From Auanema rhodensis (taxonomy: Eukaryota; Animalia; Nematoda), in contig OZ059898.1 in assembly GCA_964057225.1 (NCBI GenBank), positions 16,802,001 to 16,866,000 of the forward strand: a DNA stretch of 64,000 nt, read 5' to 3'. The position numbers were made by a program, and so were the translations under genes. A model generated the notes under the pieces. The model saw nothing but the letters and a program-made list of their open reading frames with translations. It was not told where the DNA came from and did no database searches. Numbering within the stretch: position 1 is the stretch's first letter; each line of letters opens with the position of its first letter. This document shows positions 40,101 to 55,500 of this stretch, one piece after another.

Positions 40101-43100
40101 TAAAAACATCTACTTTTTGCTAACTTATTTTGAAATTTTTCGAAAAAATTTTTGTCAAAATGTTTTTGGAAGCAATGTTGAGTGTACATGGAAACTCAAC
40201 ATACACTAATGCATCATTTTTCAAACGATCATAACTAATTTTTGTATTAAGCGTTTCTCAATGTAGTATAGTGCATTTGATGCGGATTTTTAAGCTGCGT
40301 CGATCTGTGTTATCAGATTTGCGCTAGCTTAAAAATGCACCGAGATATCAACTGATATAAGTTCACACTTATATCCTCGATTTTCACCCTGAAGAAATAA
40401 GTTTTTCGTTGAATAACATTGTCCATCGTCTTTGCCTTGAAAAAAGGAATCTAAAAACATCTACTTTTCGCTAAATTATTTTGAAGTTTTTCGAAAAAAT
40501 TTTTGTCAAAATGTTTTTGGAAGCAATGTTGAGTGTACATGGAAACTCAACATACACTAATGCATCATTTTTCAAACGATCATAACTAATTTTTGTATTA
40601 AGCGTTTCTCAATGTAGTATAGTGCATTTGATGCGGATTTTTAAGCTGCGTCGATCTGTGTTATCAGATTTGCGCTAGCTTAAAAATGCACCGAGATATC
40701 AACTGATATAAGTTCACACTTATATCCTCGATTTTCACCCTGAAGAAATAATTTTTTCGTTGAATAACATTGTCCATCGTCTTTGCCTTGGAAAAAGGAA
40801 TCTAAAAACATCTACTTTTTGCTAAATTATTTTGAAATTTTTCGAAAAAATTTTTGTCAAAATGTTTTTGGAAGCAATGTTGAGTGTACATGGAAACTCA
40901 ACATACACTAATGCATCATTTTTCAAACGATCATAACTAATTTTTGTATTAAGCGTTTCTCAATGTAGTATAGTATATTCGATGCGGATTTTCAAGCTGC
41001 GTCGATCTGTGTTATCAGATTTGCGCTAGCTTAAAAATGCACCGAGATATCAACTGATATAAGTTCACACTTATATCCTCGATTTTCACCCTGAAGAATT
41101 AATTTTTTTGTTGAATAACATTGCCCATCGTCTTTGCCTTGAAAAAAGGAATCTAAAAACATCTACTTTTTGCTAAATTATTTTGAAATTTTTCGAAAAA
41201 ATTTTTGTCAAAATGTTTTTGGAAGCAATGTTGAGTGTACATGGAAACTCAACATACACTAATGCATCATTTTTCAAACGATCATAACTAAATTTTGTAT
41301 TAAGCGTTTCTCAATGTAGTATAGTTCATTTGATGCGGATTTTTAAGCTGCGTCGATCTGTGTTATCAGATTTGCGCTAGCTTAAAAATGCACCGAGATA
41401 TCAACTGATATAAGTTCACACTTATATCCTCGATTTTCACCCTGAAGAAATAATTTTTTCGTTGAATAACATTGTCCATCGTCTTTGCCTTGAGAAAAGG
41501 AATTTGAAAACATCTACTTTTTGCTAAATTATTTTGAAATTTTTCGAAAAAATTTTTGTCAAAATGTTTTTGGAAGCAATGTTGAGTGTACATGTAAACT
41601 CAACATACACTAATGCACCATTTTTCAAACAATCATAACTAATTTTTGTATTAAGCATTTTTCAATGTAGTATAGTGCATTTGATGCGGATTTTTAAGCT
41701 GCGTCGATCTGTGTTATCAAATTTGCGCTAGCTTAAAAATGCACCGAGATATCAACTGATATAAGTTCACACTTATATCCTCGATTTTCACCCTGAAGAA
41801 ATAATTTTTTCGTTGAATAACATTGTCCATCGTCTTTGCCTTGAGAAAAGGAATTTGAAAACATCTACTTTTTGCTAAATTATTTTGAAATTTTTCGAAA
41901 AAATTTTTGTCAAAATGTTTTTGGAAGCAATGTTGAGTGTACATGTAAACTCAACATACACTAATGCACCATTTTTCAAACAATCATAACTAATTTTTGT
42001 ATTAAGCATTTTTCAATGTAGTATAGTGCATTTGATGCGGATTTTTAAGCTGCGTCGATCTGTGTTATCAAATTTGCGCTAGCTTAAAAATGCACCGAGA
42101 TATCAACTGATATAAGTTCACACTTATATCCTCGATTTTCACCCTGAAGAATTAATTTTTTTGTTGAATAACATTGCCCATCGTCTTTGCCTTGAAAAAA
42201 GGAATCTAAAAACATCTACTTTTTGCTAAATTATTTTGAAATTTTTCGAAAAAATTTTTGTCAAAATGTTTTTGGAAGCAATGTTGAGTGTACATGGAAA
42301 CTCAACATACACTAATGCATCATTTTTCAAACGATCATAACTAAATTTTGTATTAAGCGTTTCTCAATGTAGTATAGTTCATTTGATGCGGATTTTTAAG
42401 CTGCGTCGATCTGTGTTATCAGATTTGCGCTAGCTTAAAAATGCACCGAGATATCAACTGATATAAGTTCACACTTATATCCTCGATTTTCACCCTGAAG
42501 AAATAATTTTTTCGTTGAATAACATTGTCCATCGTCTTTGCCTTGAGAAAAGGAATTTGAAAACATCTACTTTTTGCTAAATTATTTTGAAATTTTTCGA
42601 AAAAATTTTTGTCAAAATGTTTTTGGAAGCAATGTTGAGTGTACATGTAAACTCAACATACACTAATGCACCATTTTTCAAACAATCATAACTAATTTTT
42701 GTATTAAGCATTTTTCAATGTAGTATAGTGCATTTGATGCGGATTTTTAAGCTGCGTCGATCTGTGTTATCAAATTTGCGCTAGCTTAAAAATGCACCGA
42801 GATATCAACTGATATAAGTTCACACTTATATCCTCGATTTTCACCCTGAAGAAATAATTTTTTCGTTGAATAACATTGTCCATCGTCTTTGCCTTGAAAA
42901 AAGGAATCTAAAAACATCTACTTTTTGCTAAATTATTATGAAATTTTTCGAAAAAATTTTTGTCAAAATGTTTTTGGAAGCAATGTTGAGTGTACATGTA
43001 AACTCAACATACACTAATGCACCATTTTTCAAACAATCATAACTAATTTTTGTATTAAGCATTTTTCAATGTAGTATAGTGCATTTGATGCGGATTTTTA

Positions 43101-43512
43101 AGCTGCGTCGATCTGTGTTATCAAATTTGCGCTAGCTTAAAAATGCACCGAGATATCAACTGATATAAGTTCACACTTATATCCTCGATTTTCACCCTGA
43201 AGAAATAATTTTTTCGTTGAATAACATTGTCCATCGTCTTTGCCTTGAAAAAAGGAATCTAAAAACATCTACTTTTTGCTAAATTATTATGAAATTTTTC
43301 GAAAAAATTTTTGTCAAAATGTTTTTGGAAGCAATGTTGAGTGTACATGTAAACTCAACATACACTAATGCATCATTTTTCAAACGATCATAACTACTTT
43401 TTGTATTAAGCATTTTTCAATGTAGTATAGTGCATTTGATGCGGATTTTTAAGCTGCGTCGATCTGTGTTATCAAATTTGCGCTAGCTTAAAAATGCACC
43501 GAGATATCAACT

Positions 43513-46500
43513 GATATAAGTTCACACTTATATCCTCGATTTTCACCCTGAAGAAATAATTTTTTCGTTGAATAACATTGTCCATCGTCTTTGCCTTGAA
43601 AAAAGGAATCTAAAAACATCTACTTTTTGCTAAATTATTTTGAAATTTTTCGAAAAAATTTTTGTCAAAATGTTTTTGGAAGCAATGTTGAGTGTACATG
43701 GAAACTCAACATACACTAATGCATCATTTTTCAAACGATCATAACTACTTTTTGTATTAAGCGTTTCTCAATGTAGTATAGTGAATTCGATGCGGATTTT
43801 TAAGCTGCGTCGATCTGTGTTATCAGATTTGCGCTAGCTTAAAAATGCACCGAGATATCAACTGATATAAGTTCACACTTATATCCTCGATTTTCACCCT
43901 GAAGAAATAATTTTTTCGTTGAATAACATTGTCCATCGTCTTTGCCTTGAAAAAAGGAATCTAAAAACATCTACTTTTTGCTAAATTATTTTGAAATTTT
44001 TCGAAAAAATTTTTGTCAAAATGTTTTTGGAAGCAATGTTGAGTGTACATGGAAACTCAACATACACTAATGCATCATTTTTCAAACGATCATAACTAAT
44101 TTTTGTATTAAGCGTTTCTCAATGTAGTATAGTGCATTTGATGCGGATTTTTAAGCTGCGTCGATCTGTGTTATCAGATTTGCGCTAGCTTAAAAATGCA
44201 CCGAGATATCAACTGATATAAGTTCACACTTATATCCTCGATTTTCACCCTGAAGAAATAATTTTTTCATTGAATAACATTGTCCATCGTCTTTGCCTTG
44301 AAAAAAGGAATCTAAAAACATCTACTTTTTGCTAACTTATTTTGAAATTTTTCGAAAAAATTTTTGTCAAAATGTTTTTGGAAGCAATGTTGAGTGTACA
44401 TGGAAACTCAACATACACTAATGCATCATTTTTCAAACGATCATAACTAATTTTTGTATTAAGCGTTTCTCAATGTAGTATAGTGCATTTGATGCGGATT
44501 TTTAAGCTGCGTCGATCTGTGTTATCAGATTTGCGCTAGCTTGAAAATGCACCGAGATATCAACTGATATAAGTTCACACTTATATCCTCGATTTTCACC
44601 CTGAAGAAATAATTTTTTCGTTGAATAACATTGTCCATCGTCTTTGCCTTGAAAAAAGGAATCTAAAAACATCTACTTTTTGCTAAATTATTTTGAAGTT
44701 TTTCGAAAAAATTTTTGTCAAAATGTTTTTGGAAGCAATGTTGAGTGTACATGGAAACTCAACATACACTAATGCATCATTTTTCAAACGATCATAACTA
44801 ATTTTTGTATTAAGCGTTTCTCAATGTAGTATAGTGCATTTGATGCGGATTTTTAAGCTGCGTCGATCTGTGTTATCAGATTTGCGCTAGCTTAAAAATG
44901 CACCGAGATATCAACTGATATAAGTTCACACTTATATCCTCGATTTTCACCCTGAAGAAATAATTTTTTCGTTGAATAACATTGTCCATCGTCTTTGCCT
45001 TGAAAAAAGGAATCTAAAAACATCTACTTTTCGCTAAATTATTTTGAAGTTTTTCGAAAAAATTTTTGTCAAAATGTTTTTGGAAGCAATGTTGAGTGTA
45101 CATGGAAACTCAACATACACTAATGCATCATTTTTCAAACGATCATAACTAATTTTTGTATTAAGCGTTTCTCAATGTAGTATAGTGCATTTGATGCGGA
45201 TTTTTAAGCTGCGTCGATCTGTGTTATCAGATTTGCGCTAGCTTAAAAATGCACCGAGATATCAACTGATATAAGTTCACACTTATATCCTCGATTTTCA
45301 CCCTGAAGAAATAATTTTTTCGTTGAATAACATTGTCCATCGTCTTTGCCTTGGAAAAAGGAATCTAAAAACATCTACTTTTTGCTAAATTATTTTGAAA
45401 TTTTTCGAAAAAATTTTTGTCAAAATGTTTTTGGAAGCAATGTTGAGTGTACATGGAAACTCAACATACACTAATGCATCATTTTTCAAACGATCATAAC
45501 TAATTTTTGTATTAAGCGTTTCTCAATGTAGTATAGTATATTCGATGCGGATTTTCAAGCTGCGTCGATCTGTGTTATCAGATTTGCGCTAGCTTAAAAA
45601 TGCACCGAGATATCAACTGATATAAGTTCACACTTATATCCTCGATTTTCACCCTGAAGAATTAATTTTTTTGTTGAATAACATTGCCCATCGTCTTTGC
45701 CTTGAAAAAAGGAATCTAAAAACATCTACTTTTTGCTAAATTATTTTGAAATTTTTCGAAAAAATTTTTGTCAAAATGTTTTTGGAAGCAATGTTGAGTG
45801 TACATGGAAACTCAACATACACTAATGCATCATTTTTCAAACGATCATAACTAAATTTTGTATTAAGCGTTTCTCAATGTAGTATAGTTCATTTGATGCG
45901 GATTTTTAAGCTGCGTCGATCTGTGTTATCAGATTTGCGCTAGCTTAAAAATGCACCGAGATATCAACTGATATAAGTTCACACTTATATCCTCGATTTT
46001 CACCCTGAAGAAATAATTTTTTCGTTGAATAACATTGTCCATCGTCTTTGCCTTGAGAAAAGGAATTTGAAAACATCTACTTTTTGCTAAATTATTTTGA
46101 AATTTTTCGAAAAAATTTTTGTCAAAATGTTTTTGGAAGCAATGTTGAGTGTACATGTAAACTCAACATACACTAATGCACCATTTTTCAAACAATCATA
46201 ACTAATTTTTGTATTAAGCATTTTTCAATGTAGTATAGTGCATTTGATGCGGATTTTTAAGCTGCGTCGATCTGTGTTATCAAATTTGCGCTAGCTTAAA
46301 AATGCACCGAGATATCAACTGATATAAGTTCACACTTATATCCTCGATTTTCACCCTGAAGAAATAATTTTTTCGTTGAATAACATTGTCCATCGTCTTT
46401 GCCTTGAGAAAAGGAATTTGAAAACATCTACTTTTTGCTAAATTATTTTGAAATTTTTCGAAAAAATTTTTGTCAAAATGTTTTTGGAAGCAATGTTGAG

Positions 46501-49500
46501 TGTACATGTAAACTCAACATACACTAATGCACCATTTTTCAAACAATCATAACTAATTTTTGTATTAAGCATTTTTCAATGTAGTATAGTGCATTTGATG
46601 CGGATTTTTAAGCTGCGTCGATCTGTGTTATCAAATTTGCGCTAGCTTAAAAATGCACCGAGATATCAACTGATATAAGTTCACACTTATATCCTCGATT
46701 TTCACCCTGAAGAATTAATTTTTTTGTTGAATAACATTGCCCATCGTCTTTGCCTTGAAAAAAGGAATCTAAAAACATCTACTTTTTGCTAAATTATTTT
46801 GAAATTTTTCGAAAAAATTTTTGTCAAAATGTTTTTGGAAGCAATGTTGAGTGTACATGGAAACTCAACATACACTAATGCATCATTTTTCAAACGATCA
46901 TAACTAAATTTTGTATTAAGCGTTTCTCAATGTAGTATAGTTCATTTGATGCGGATTTTTAAGCTGCGTCGATCTGTGTTATCAGATTTGCGCTAGCTTA
47001 AAAATGCACCGAGATATCAACTGATATAAGTTCACACTTATATCCTCGATTTTCACCCTGAAGAAATAATTTTTTCGTTGAATAACATTGTCCATCGTCT
47101 TTGCCTTGAGAAAAGGAATTTGAAAACATCTACTTTTTGCTAAATTATTTTGAAATTTTTCGAAAAAATTTTTGTCAAAATGTTTTTGGAAGCAATGTTG
47201 AGTGTACATGTAAACTCAACATACACTAATGCACCATTTTTCAAACAATCATAACTAATTTTTGTATTAAGCATTTTTCAATGTAGTATAGTGCATTTGA
47301 TGCGGATTTTTAAGCTGCGTCGATCTGTGTTATCAAATTTGCGCTAGCTTAAAAATGCACCGAGATATCAACTGATATAAGTTCACACTTATATCCTCGA
47401 TTTTCACCCTGAAGAAATAATTTTTTCGTTGAATAACATTGTCCATCGTCTTTGCCTTGAAAAAAGGAATCTAAAAACATCTACTTTTTGCTAAATTATT
47501 ATGAAATTTTTCGAAAAAATTTTTGTCAAAATGTTTTTGGAAGCAATGTTGAGTGTACATGGAAACTCAACATACACTAATGCATCATTTTTCAAACGAT
47601 CATAACTAATTTCTGTATTAAGCGTTTCTCAATGTAGTATAGTGCATTTGATGCGGATTTTTAAGCTGCGTCGATCTGTGTTATCAGATTTGCGCTAGCT
47701 TAAAAATGCACCGAGATATCAACTGATATAAGTTCACACTTATATCCTCGATTTTCACCCTGAAGAAATAATTTTTCGTTGAATAACATTGTCCATCGTC
47801 TTTGCCTTGAAAAAAAGAATCTAAAAACATCTACTTTTTGCTAAATTATTTTGAAATTTTTCGAAAAAATTTTTGTCAAAATGTTTTTGGAAGCAATGTT
47901 GAGTGTACATGGAAACTCAACATACACTAATGCATCATTTTTCAAACGATCATAACTAATTTCTGTATTAAGCGTTTCTCAATGTAGTATAGTGCATTTG
48001 ATGCGGATTTTTAAGCTGCGTCGATCTGTGTTATCAGATTTGCGCTAGCTTGAAAATGCACCGAGATATCAACTGATATAAGTTCACACTTATATCCTCG
48101 ATTTTCACCCTGAAGAAATAATTTTTCGTTGAATAACATTGTCCATCGTCTTTGCCTTGAAAAAAAGAATCTAAAAACATCTACTTTTTGCTAAATTATT
48201 TTGAAGTTTTTCGAAAAAATTTTTGTCAAAATGTTTTTGGAAGCAATGTTGAGTGTACATGGAAACTCAACATACACTAATGCATCATTTTTCAAACGAT
48301 CATAACTAATTTTTGTATTAAGCGTTTTTCAATGTAGTATAAAGCATTCGATGCGGATTTTCAAGCTGCGTCGATCTGTGTTATCAGATTTGCGCTAGCT
48401 TAAAAATGCACCGAGATATCAACTGATATAAGTTCACACTTATATCCTCGATTTTCACCCTGAAGAAATAATTTTTCGTTGAATAACATTGTCCATCGTC
48501 TTTGCCTTGAAAAAAAGAATCTAAAAACATCTACTTTTTGCTAAATTATTTTGAAGTTTTTCGAAAAAATTTTTGTCAAAATGTTTTTGGAAGCAATGTT
48601 GAGTGTACATGGAAACTCAACATACACTAATGCATCATTTTTCAAACGATCATAACTAATTTTTGTATTAAGCGTTTCTCAATGTAGTATAGTGCATTCG
48701 ATGCGGATTTTCAAGCTGCGTCGATCTGTGTTATCAGATTTGCGCTAGCTTAAAAATGCACCGAGATATCAACTGATATAAGTTCACACTTATATCCTCG
48801 ATTTTCACCCTGAAGAATTAATTTTTTTGTTGAATAACATTGCCCATCGTCTTTGCCTTGAAAAAAGGAATCTAAAAACATCTACTTTTTGCTAAATTAT
48901 TTTGAAATTTTTCGAAAAAATTTTTGTCAAAATGTTTTTGGAAGCAATGTTGAGTGTACATGGAAACTCAACATACACTAATGCACCATTTTTCAAACAA
49001 TCATAACTAATTTTTGTATTAAGCGTTTCTCAATGTAGTATAGTGCATTTGATGCGGATTTTTAAGCTGCGTCGATCTGTGTTATCAGATTTGCGCTAGC
49101 TTGAAAATGCACCGAGATATCAACTGATATAAGTTCACACTTATATCCTCGATTTTCACCCTGAAGAAATAATTTTTTCGTTGAATAACATTGTCCATCG
49201 TCTTTGCCTTGAGAAAAGGAATTTGAAAACATCTACTTTTTGCTAAATTATTTTGAAATTTTTCGAAAAAATTTTTGTCAAAATGTTTTTGGAAGCAATG
49301 TTGAGTGTACATGTAAACTCAACATACACTAATGCACCATTTTTCAAACAATCATAACTAATTTTTGTATTAAGCATTTTTCAATGTAGTATAGTGCATT
49401 TGATGCGGATTTTTAAGCTGCGTCGATCTGTGTTATCAAATTTGCGCTAGCTTAAAAATGCACCGAGATATCAACTGATATAAGTTCACACTTATATCCT

Positions 49501-52500
49501 CGATTTTCACCCTGAAGAATTAATTTTTTTGTTGAATAACATTGCCCATCGTCTTTGCCTTGAAAAAAGGAATCTAAAAACATCTACTTTTTGCTAAATT
49601 ATTTTGAAATTTTTCGAAAAAATTTTTGTCAAAATGTTTTTGGAAGCAATGTTGAGTGTACATGGAAACTCAACATACACTAATGCATCATTTTTCAAAC
49701 GATCATAACTAAATTTTGTATTAAGCGTTTCTCAATGTAGTATAGTTCATTTGATGCGGATTTTTAAGCTGCGTCGATCTGTGTTATCAGATTTGCGCTA
49801 GCTTAAAAATGCACCGAGATATCAACTGATATAAGTTCACACTTATATCCTCGATTTTCACCCTGAAGAAATAATTTTTTCGTTGAATAACATTGTCCAT
49901 CGTCTTTGCCTTGAGAAAAGGAATTTGAAAACATCTACTTTTTGCTAAATTATTTTGAAATTTTTCGAAAAAATTTTTGTCAAAATGTTTTTGGAAGCAA
50001 TGTTGAGTGTACATGTAAACTCAACATACACTAATGCACCATTTTTCAAACAATCATAACTAATTTTTGTATTAAGCATTTTTCAATGTAGTATAGTGCA
50101 TTTGATGCGGATTTTTAAGCTGCGTCGATCTGTGTTATCAGATTTGCGCTAGCTTGAAAATGCACCGAGATATCAACTGATATAAGTTCACACTTATATC
50201 CTCGATTTTCACCCTGAAGAAATAATTTTTCGTTGAATAACATTGTCCATCGTCTTTGCCTTGAAAAAAAGAATCTAAAAACATCTACTTTTTGCTAAAT
50301 TATTTTGAAGTTTTTCGAAAAAATTTTTGTCAAAATGTTTTTGGAAGCAATGTTGAGTGTACATGGAAACTCAACATACACTAATGCATCATTTTTCAAA
50401 CGATCATAACTAAATTTTGTATTAAGCGTTTCTCAATGTAGTATAGTTCATTTGATGCGGATTTTTAAGCTGCGTCGATCTGTGTTATCAGATTTGCGCT
50501 AGCTTAAAAATGCACCGAGATATCAACTGATATAAGTTCACACTTATATCCTCGATTTTCACCCTGAAGAAATAATTTTTTCGTTGAATAACATTGTCCA
50601 TCGTCTTTGCCTTGAGAAAAGGAATTTGAAAACATCTACTTTTTGCTAAATTATTTTGAAATTTTTCGAAAAAATTTTTGTCAAAATGTTTTTGGAAGCA
50701 ATGTTGAGTGTACATGTAAACTCAACATACACTAATGCACCATTTTTCAAACAATCATAACTAATTTTTGTATTAAGCATTTTTCAATGTAGTATAGTGC
50801 ATTTGATGCGGATTTTTAAGCTGCGTCGATCTGTGTTATCAAATTTGCGCTAGCTTAAAAATGCACCGAGATATCAACTGATATAAGTTCACACTTATAT
50901 CCTCGATTTTCACCCTGAAGAAATAATTTTTTCGTTGAATAACATTGTCCATCGTCTTTGCCTTGAGAAAAGGAATTTGAAAACATCTACTTTTTGCTAA
51001 ATTATTTTGAAATTTTTCGAAAAAAGTTTTGTCAAAATGTTTTTGGAAGCAATGTTGAGTGTACATGTAAACTCAACATACACTAATGCACCATTTTTCA
51101 AACAATCATAACTAATTTTTGTATTAAGCATTTTTCAATGTAGTATAGTGCATTTGATGCGGATTTTTAAGCTGCGTCGATCTGTGTTATCAAATTTGCG
51201 CTAGCTTAAAAATGCACCGAGATATCAACTGATATAAGTTCACACTTATATCCTCGATTTTCACCCTGAAGAATTAATTTTTTTGTTGAATAACATTGCC
51301 CATCGTCTTTGCCTTGAAAAAAGGAATCTAAAAACATCTACTTTTTGCTAAATTATTTTGAAATTTTTCGAAAAAATTTTTGTCAAAATGTTTTTGGAAG
51401 CAATGTTGAGTGTACATGGAAACTCAACATACACTAATGCATCATTTTTCAAACGATCATAACTAAATTTTGTATTAAGCGTTTCTCAATGTAGTATAGT
51501 TCATTTGATGCGGATTTTTAAGCTGCGTCGATCTGTGTTATCAGATTTGCGCTAGCTTAAAAATGCACCGAGATATCAACTGATATAAGTTCACACTTAT
51601 ATCCTCGATTTTCACCCTGAAGAAATAATTTTTTCGTTGAATAACATTGTCCATCGTCTTTGCCTTGAGAAAAGGAATTTGAAAACATCTACTTTTTGCT
51701 AAATTATTTTGAAATTTTTCGAAAAAATTTTTGTCAAAATGTTTTTGGAAGCAATGTTGAGTGTACATGTAAACTCAACATACACTAATGCACCATTTTT
51801 CAAACAATCATAACTAATTTTTGTATTAAGCATTTTTCAATGTAGTATAGTGCATTTGATGCGGATTTTTAAGCTGCGTCGATCTGTGTTATCAAATTTG
51901 CGCTAGCTTAAAAATGCACCGAGATATCAACTGATATAAGTTCACACTTATATCCTCGATTTTCACCCTGAAGAAATAATTTTTTCGTTGAATAACATTG
52001 TCCATCGTCTTTGCCTTGAAAAAAGGAATCTAAAAACATCTACTTTTTGCTAAATTATTATGAAATTTTTCGAAAAAATTTTTGTCAAAATGTTTTTGGA
52101 AGCAATGTTGAGTGTACATGGAAACTCAACATACACTAATGCATCATTTTTCAAACGATCATAACTAATTTCTGTATTAAGCGTTTCTCAATGTAGTATA
52201 GTGCATTTGATGCGGATTTTTAAGCTGCGTCGATCTGTGTTATCAGATTTGCGCTAGCTTAAAAATGCACCGAGATATCAACTGATATAAGTTCACACTT
52301 ATATCCTCGATTTTCACCCTGAAGAAATAATTTTTCGTTGAATAACATTGTCCATCGTCTTTGCCTTGAAAAAAAGAATCTAAAAACATCTACTTTTTGC
52401 TAAATTATTCTGAAATTTTTCGAAAAAATTTTTGTCAAAATGTTTTTGGAAGCAATGTTGAGTGTACATGGAAACTCAACATACACTAATGCATCATTTT

Positions 52501-55500
52501 TCAAACGATCATAACTAATTTCTGTATTAAGCGTTTCTCAATGTAGTATAGTGCATTTGATGCGGATTTTTAAGCTGCGTCGATCTGTGTTATCAGATTT
52601 GCGCTAGCTTGAAAATGCACCGAGATATCAACTGATATAAGTTCACACTTATATCCTCGATTTTCACCCTGAAGAAATAATTTTTCGTTGAATAACATTG
52701 TCCATCGTCTTTGCCTTGAAAAAAAGAATCTAAAAACATCTACTTTTTGCTAAATTATTTTGAAGTTTTTCGAAAAAATTTTTGTCAAAATGTTTTTGGA
52801 AGCAATGTTGAGTGTACATGGAAACTCAACATACACTAATGCATCATTTTTCAAACGATCATAACTAATTTTTGTATTAAGCGTTTCTCAATGTAGTATA
52901 GTGCATTCGATGCGGATTTTCAAGCTGCGTCGATCTGTGTTATCAGATTTGCGCTAGCTTAAAAATGCACCGAGATATCAACTGATATAAGTTCACACTT
53001 ATATCCTCGATTTTCACCCTGAAGAATTAATTTTTTTGTTGAATAACATTGCCCATCGTCTTTGCCTTGAAAAAAGGAATCTAAAAACATCTACTTTTTG
53101 CTAAATTATTTTGAAATTTTTCGAAAAAATTTTTGTCAAAATGTTTTTGGAAGCAATGTTGAGTGTACATGGAAACTCAACATACACTAATGCACCATTT
53201 TTCAAACAATCATAACTAATTTTTGTATTAAGCGTTTCTCAATGTAGTATAGTGCATTTGATGCGGATTTTTAAGCTGCGTCGATCTGTGTTATCAGATT
53301 TGCGCTAGCTTGAAAATGCACCGAGATATCAACTGATATAAGTTCACACTTATATCCTCGATTTTCACCCTGAAGAAATAATTTTTTCGTTGAATAACAT
53401 TGTCCATCGTCTTTGCCTTGAGAAAAGGAATTTGAAAACATCTACTTTTTGCTAAATTATTTTGAAATTTTTCGAAAAAATTTTTGTCAAAATGTTTTTG
53501 GAAGCAATGTTGAGTGTACATGTAAACTCAACATACACTAATGCACCATTTTTCAAACAATCATAACTAATTTTTGTATTAAGCATTTTTCAATGTAGTA
53601 TAGTGCATTTGATGCGGATTTTTAAGCTGCGTCGATCTGTGTTATCAAATTTGCGCTAGCTTAAAAATGCACCGAGATATCAACTGATATAAGTTCACAC
53701 TTATATCCTCGATTTTCACCCTGAAGAATTAATTTTTTTGTTGAATAACATTGCCCATCGTCTTTGCCTTGAAAAAAGGAATCTAAAAACATCTACTTTT
53801 TGCTAAATTATTTTGAAATTTTTCGAAAAAATTTTTGTCAAAATGTTTTTGGAAGCAATGTTGAGTGTACATGGAAACTCAACATACACTAATGCATCAT
53901 TTTTCAAACGATCATAACTAAATTTTGTATTAAGCGTTTCTCAATGTAGTATAGTTCATTTGATGCGGATTTTTAAGCTGCGTCGATCTGTGTTATCAGA
54001 TTTGCGCTAGCTTAAAAATGCACCGAGATATCAACTGATATAAGTTCACACTTATATCCTCGATTTTCACCCTGAAGAAATAATTTTTTCGTTGAATAAC
54101 ATTGTCCATCGTCTTTGCCTTGAGAAAAGGAATTTGAAAACATCTACTTTTTGCTAAATTATTTTGAAATTTTTCGAAAAAATTTTTGTCAAAATGTTTT
54201 TGGAAGCAATGTTGAGTGTACATGTAAACTCAACATACACTAATGCACCATTTTTCAAACAATCATAACTAATTTTTGTATTAAGCATTTTTCAATGTAG
54301 TATAGTGCATTTGATGCGGATTTTTAAGCTGCGTCGATCTGTGTTATCAAATTTGCGCTAGCTTAAAAATGCACCGAGATATCAACTGATATAAGTTCAC
54401 ACTTATATCCTCGATTTTCACCCTGAAGAAATAATTTTTTCGTTGAATAACATTGTCCATCGTCTTTGCCTTGAAAAAAGGAATCTAAAAACATCTACTT
54501 TTTGCTAAATTATTATGAAATTTTTCGAAAAAATTTTTGTCAAAATGTTTTTGGAAGCAATGTTGAGTGTACATGGAAACTCAACATACACTAATGCATC
54601 ATTTTTCAAACGATCATAACTAATTTTTGTATTAAGCGTTTCTCAATGTAGTATAGTGCATTTGATGCGGATTTTTAAGCTGCGTCGATCTGTGTTATCA
54701 GATTTGCGCTAGCTTAAAAATGCACCGAGATATCAACTGATATAAGTTCACACTTATATCCTCGATTTTCACCCTGAAGAAATAATTTTTTCGTTGAATA
54801 ACATTGTCCATCGTCTTTGCCTTGAAAAAAGGAATCTAAAAACATCTACTTTTTGCTAAATTATTTTGAAATTTTTCGAAAAAATTTTTGTCAAAATGTT
54901 TTTGGAAGCAATGTTGAGTGTACATGGAAACTCAACATACACTAATGCATCATTTTTCAAACGATCATAACTAATTTTTGTATTAAGCGTTTCTCAATGT
55001 AGTATAGTGCATTTGATGCGGATTTTTAAGCTGCGTCGATCTGTGTTATCAGATTTGCGCTAGCTTGAAAATGCACCGAGATATCAACTGATATAAGTTC
55101 ACACTTATATCCTCGATTTTCACCCTGAAGAAATAATTTTTCGTTGAATAACATTGTCCATCGTCTTTGCCTTGAAAAAAAGAATCTAAAAACATCTACT
55201 TTTTGCTAAATTATTTTGAAATTTTTCGAAAAAATTTTTGTCAAAATGTTTTTGGAAGCAATGTTGAGTGTACATGGAAACTCAACATACACTAATGCAT
55301 CATTTTTCAAACGATCATAACTAATTTCTGTATTAAGCGTTTCTCAATGTAGTATAGTGCATTTGATGCGGATTTTTAAGCTGCGTCGATCTGTGTTATC
55401 AGATTTGCGCTAGCTTGAAAATGCACCGAGATATCAACTGATATAAGTTCACACTTATATCCTCGATTTTCACCCTGAAGAAATAATTTTTCGTTGAATA

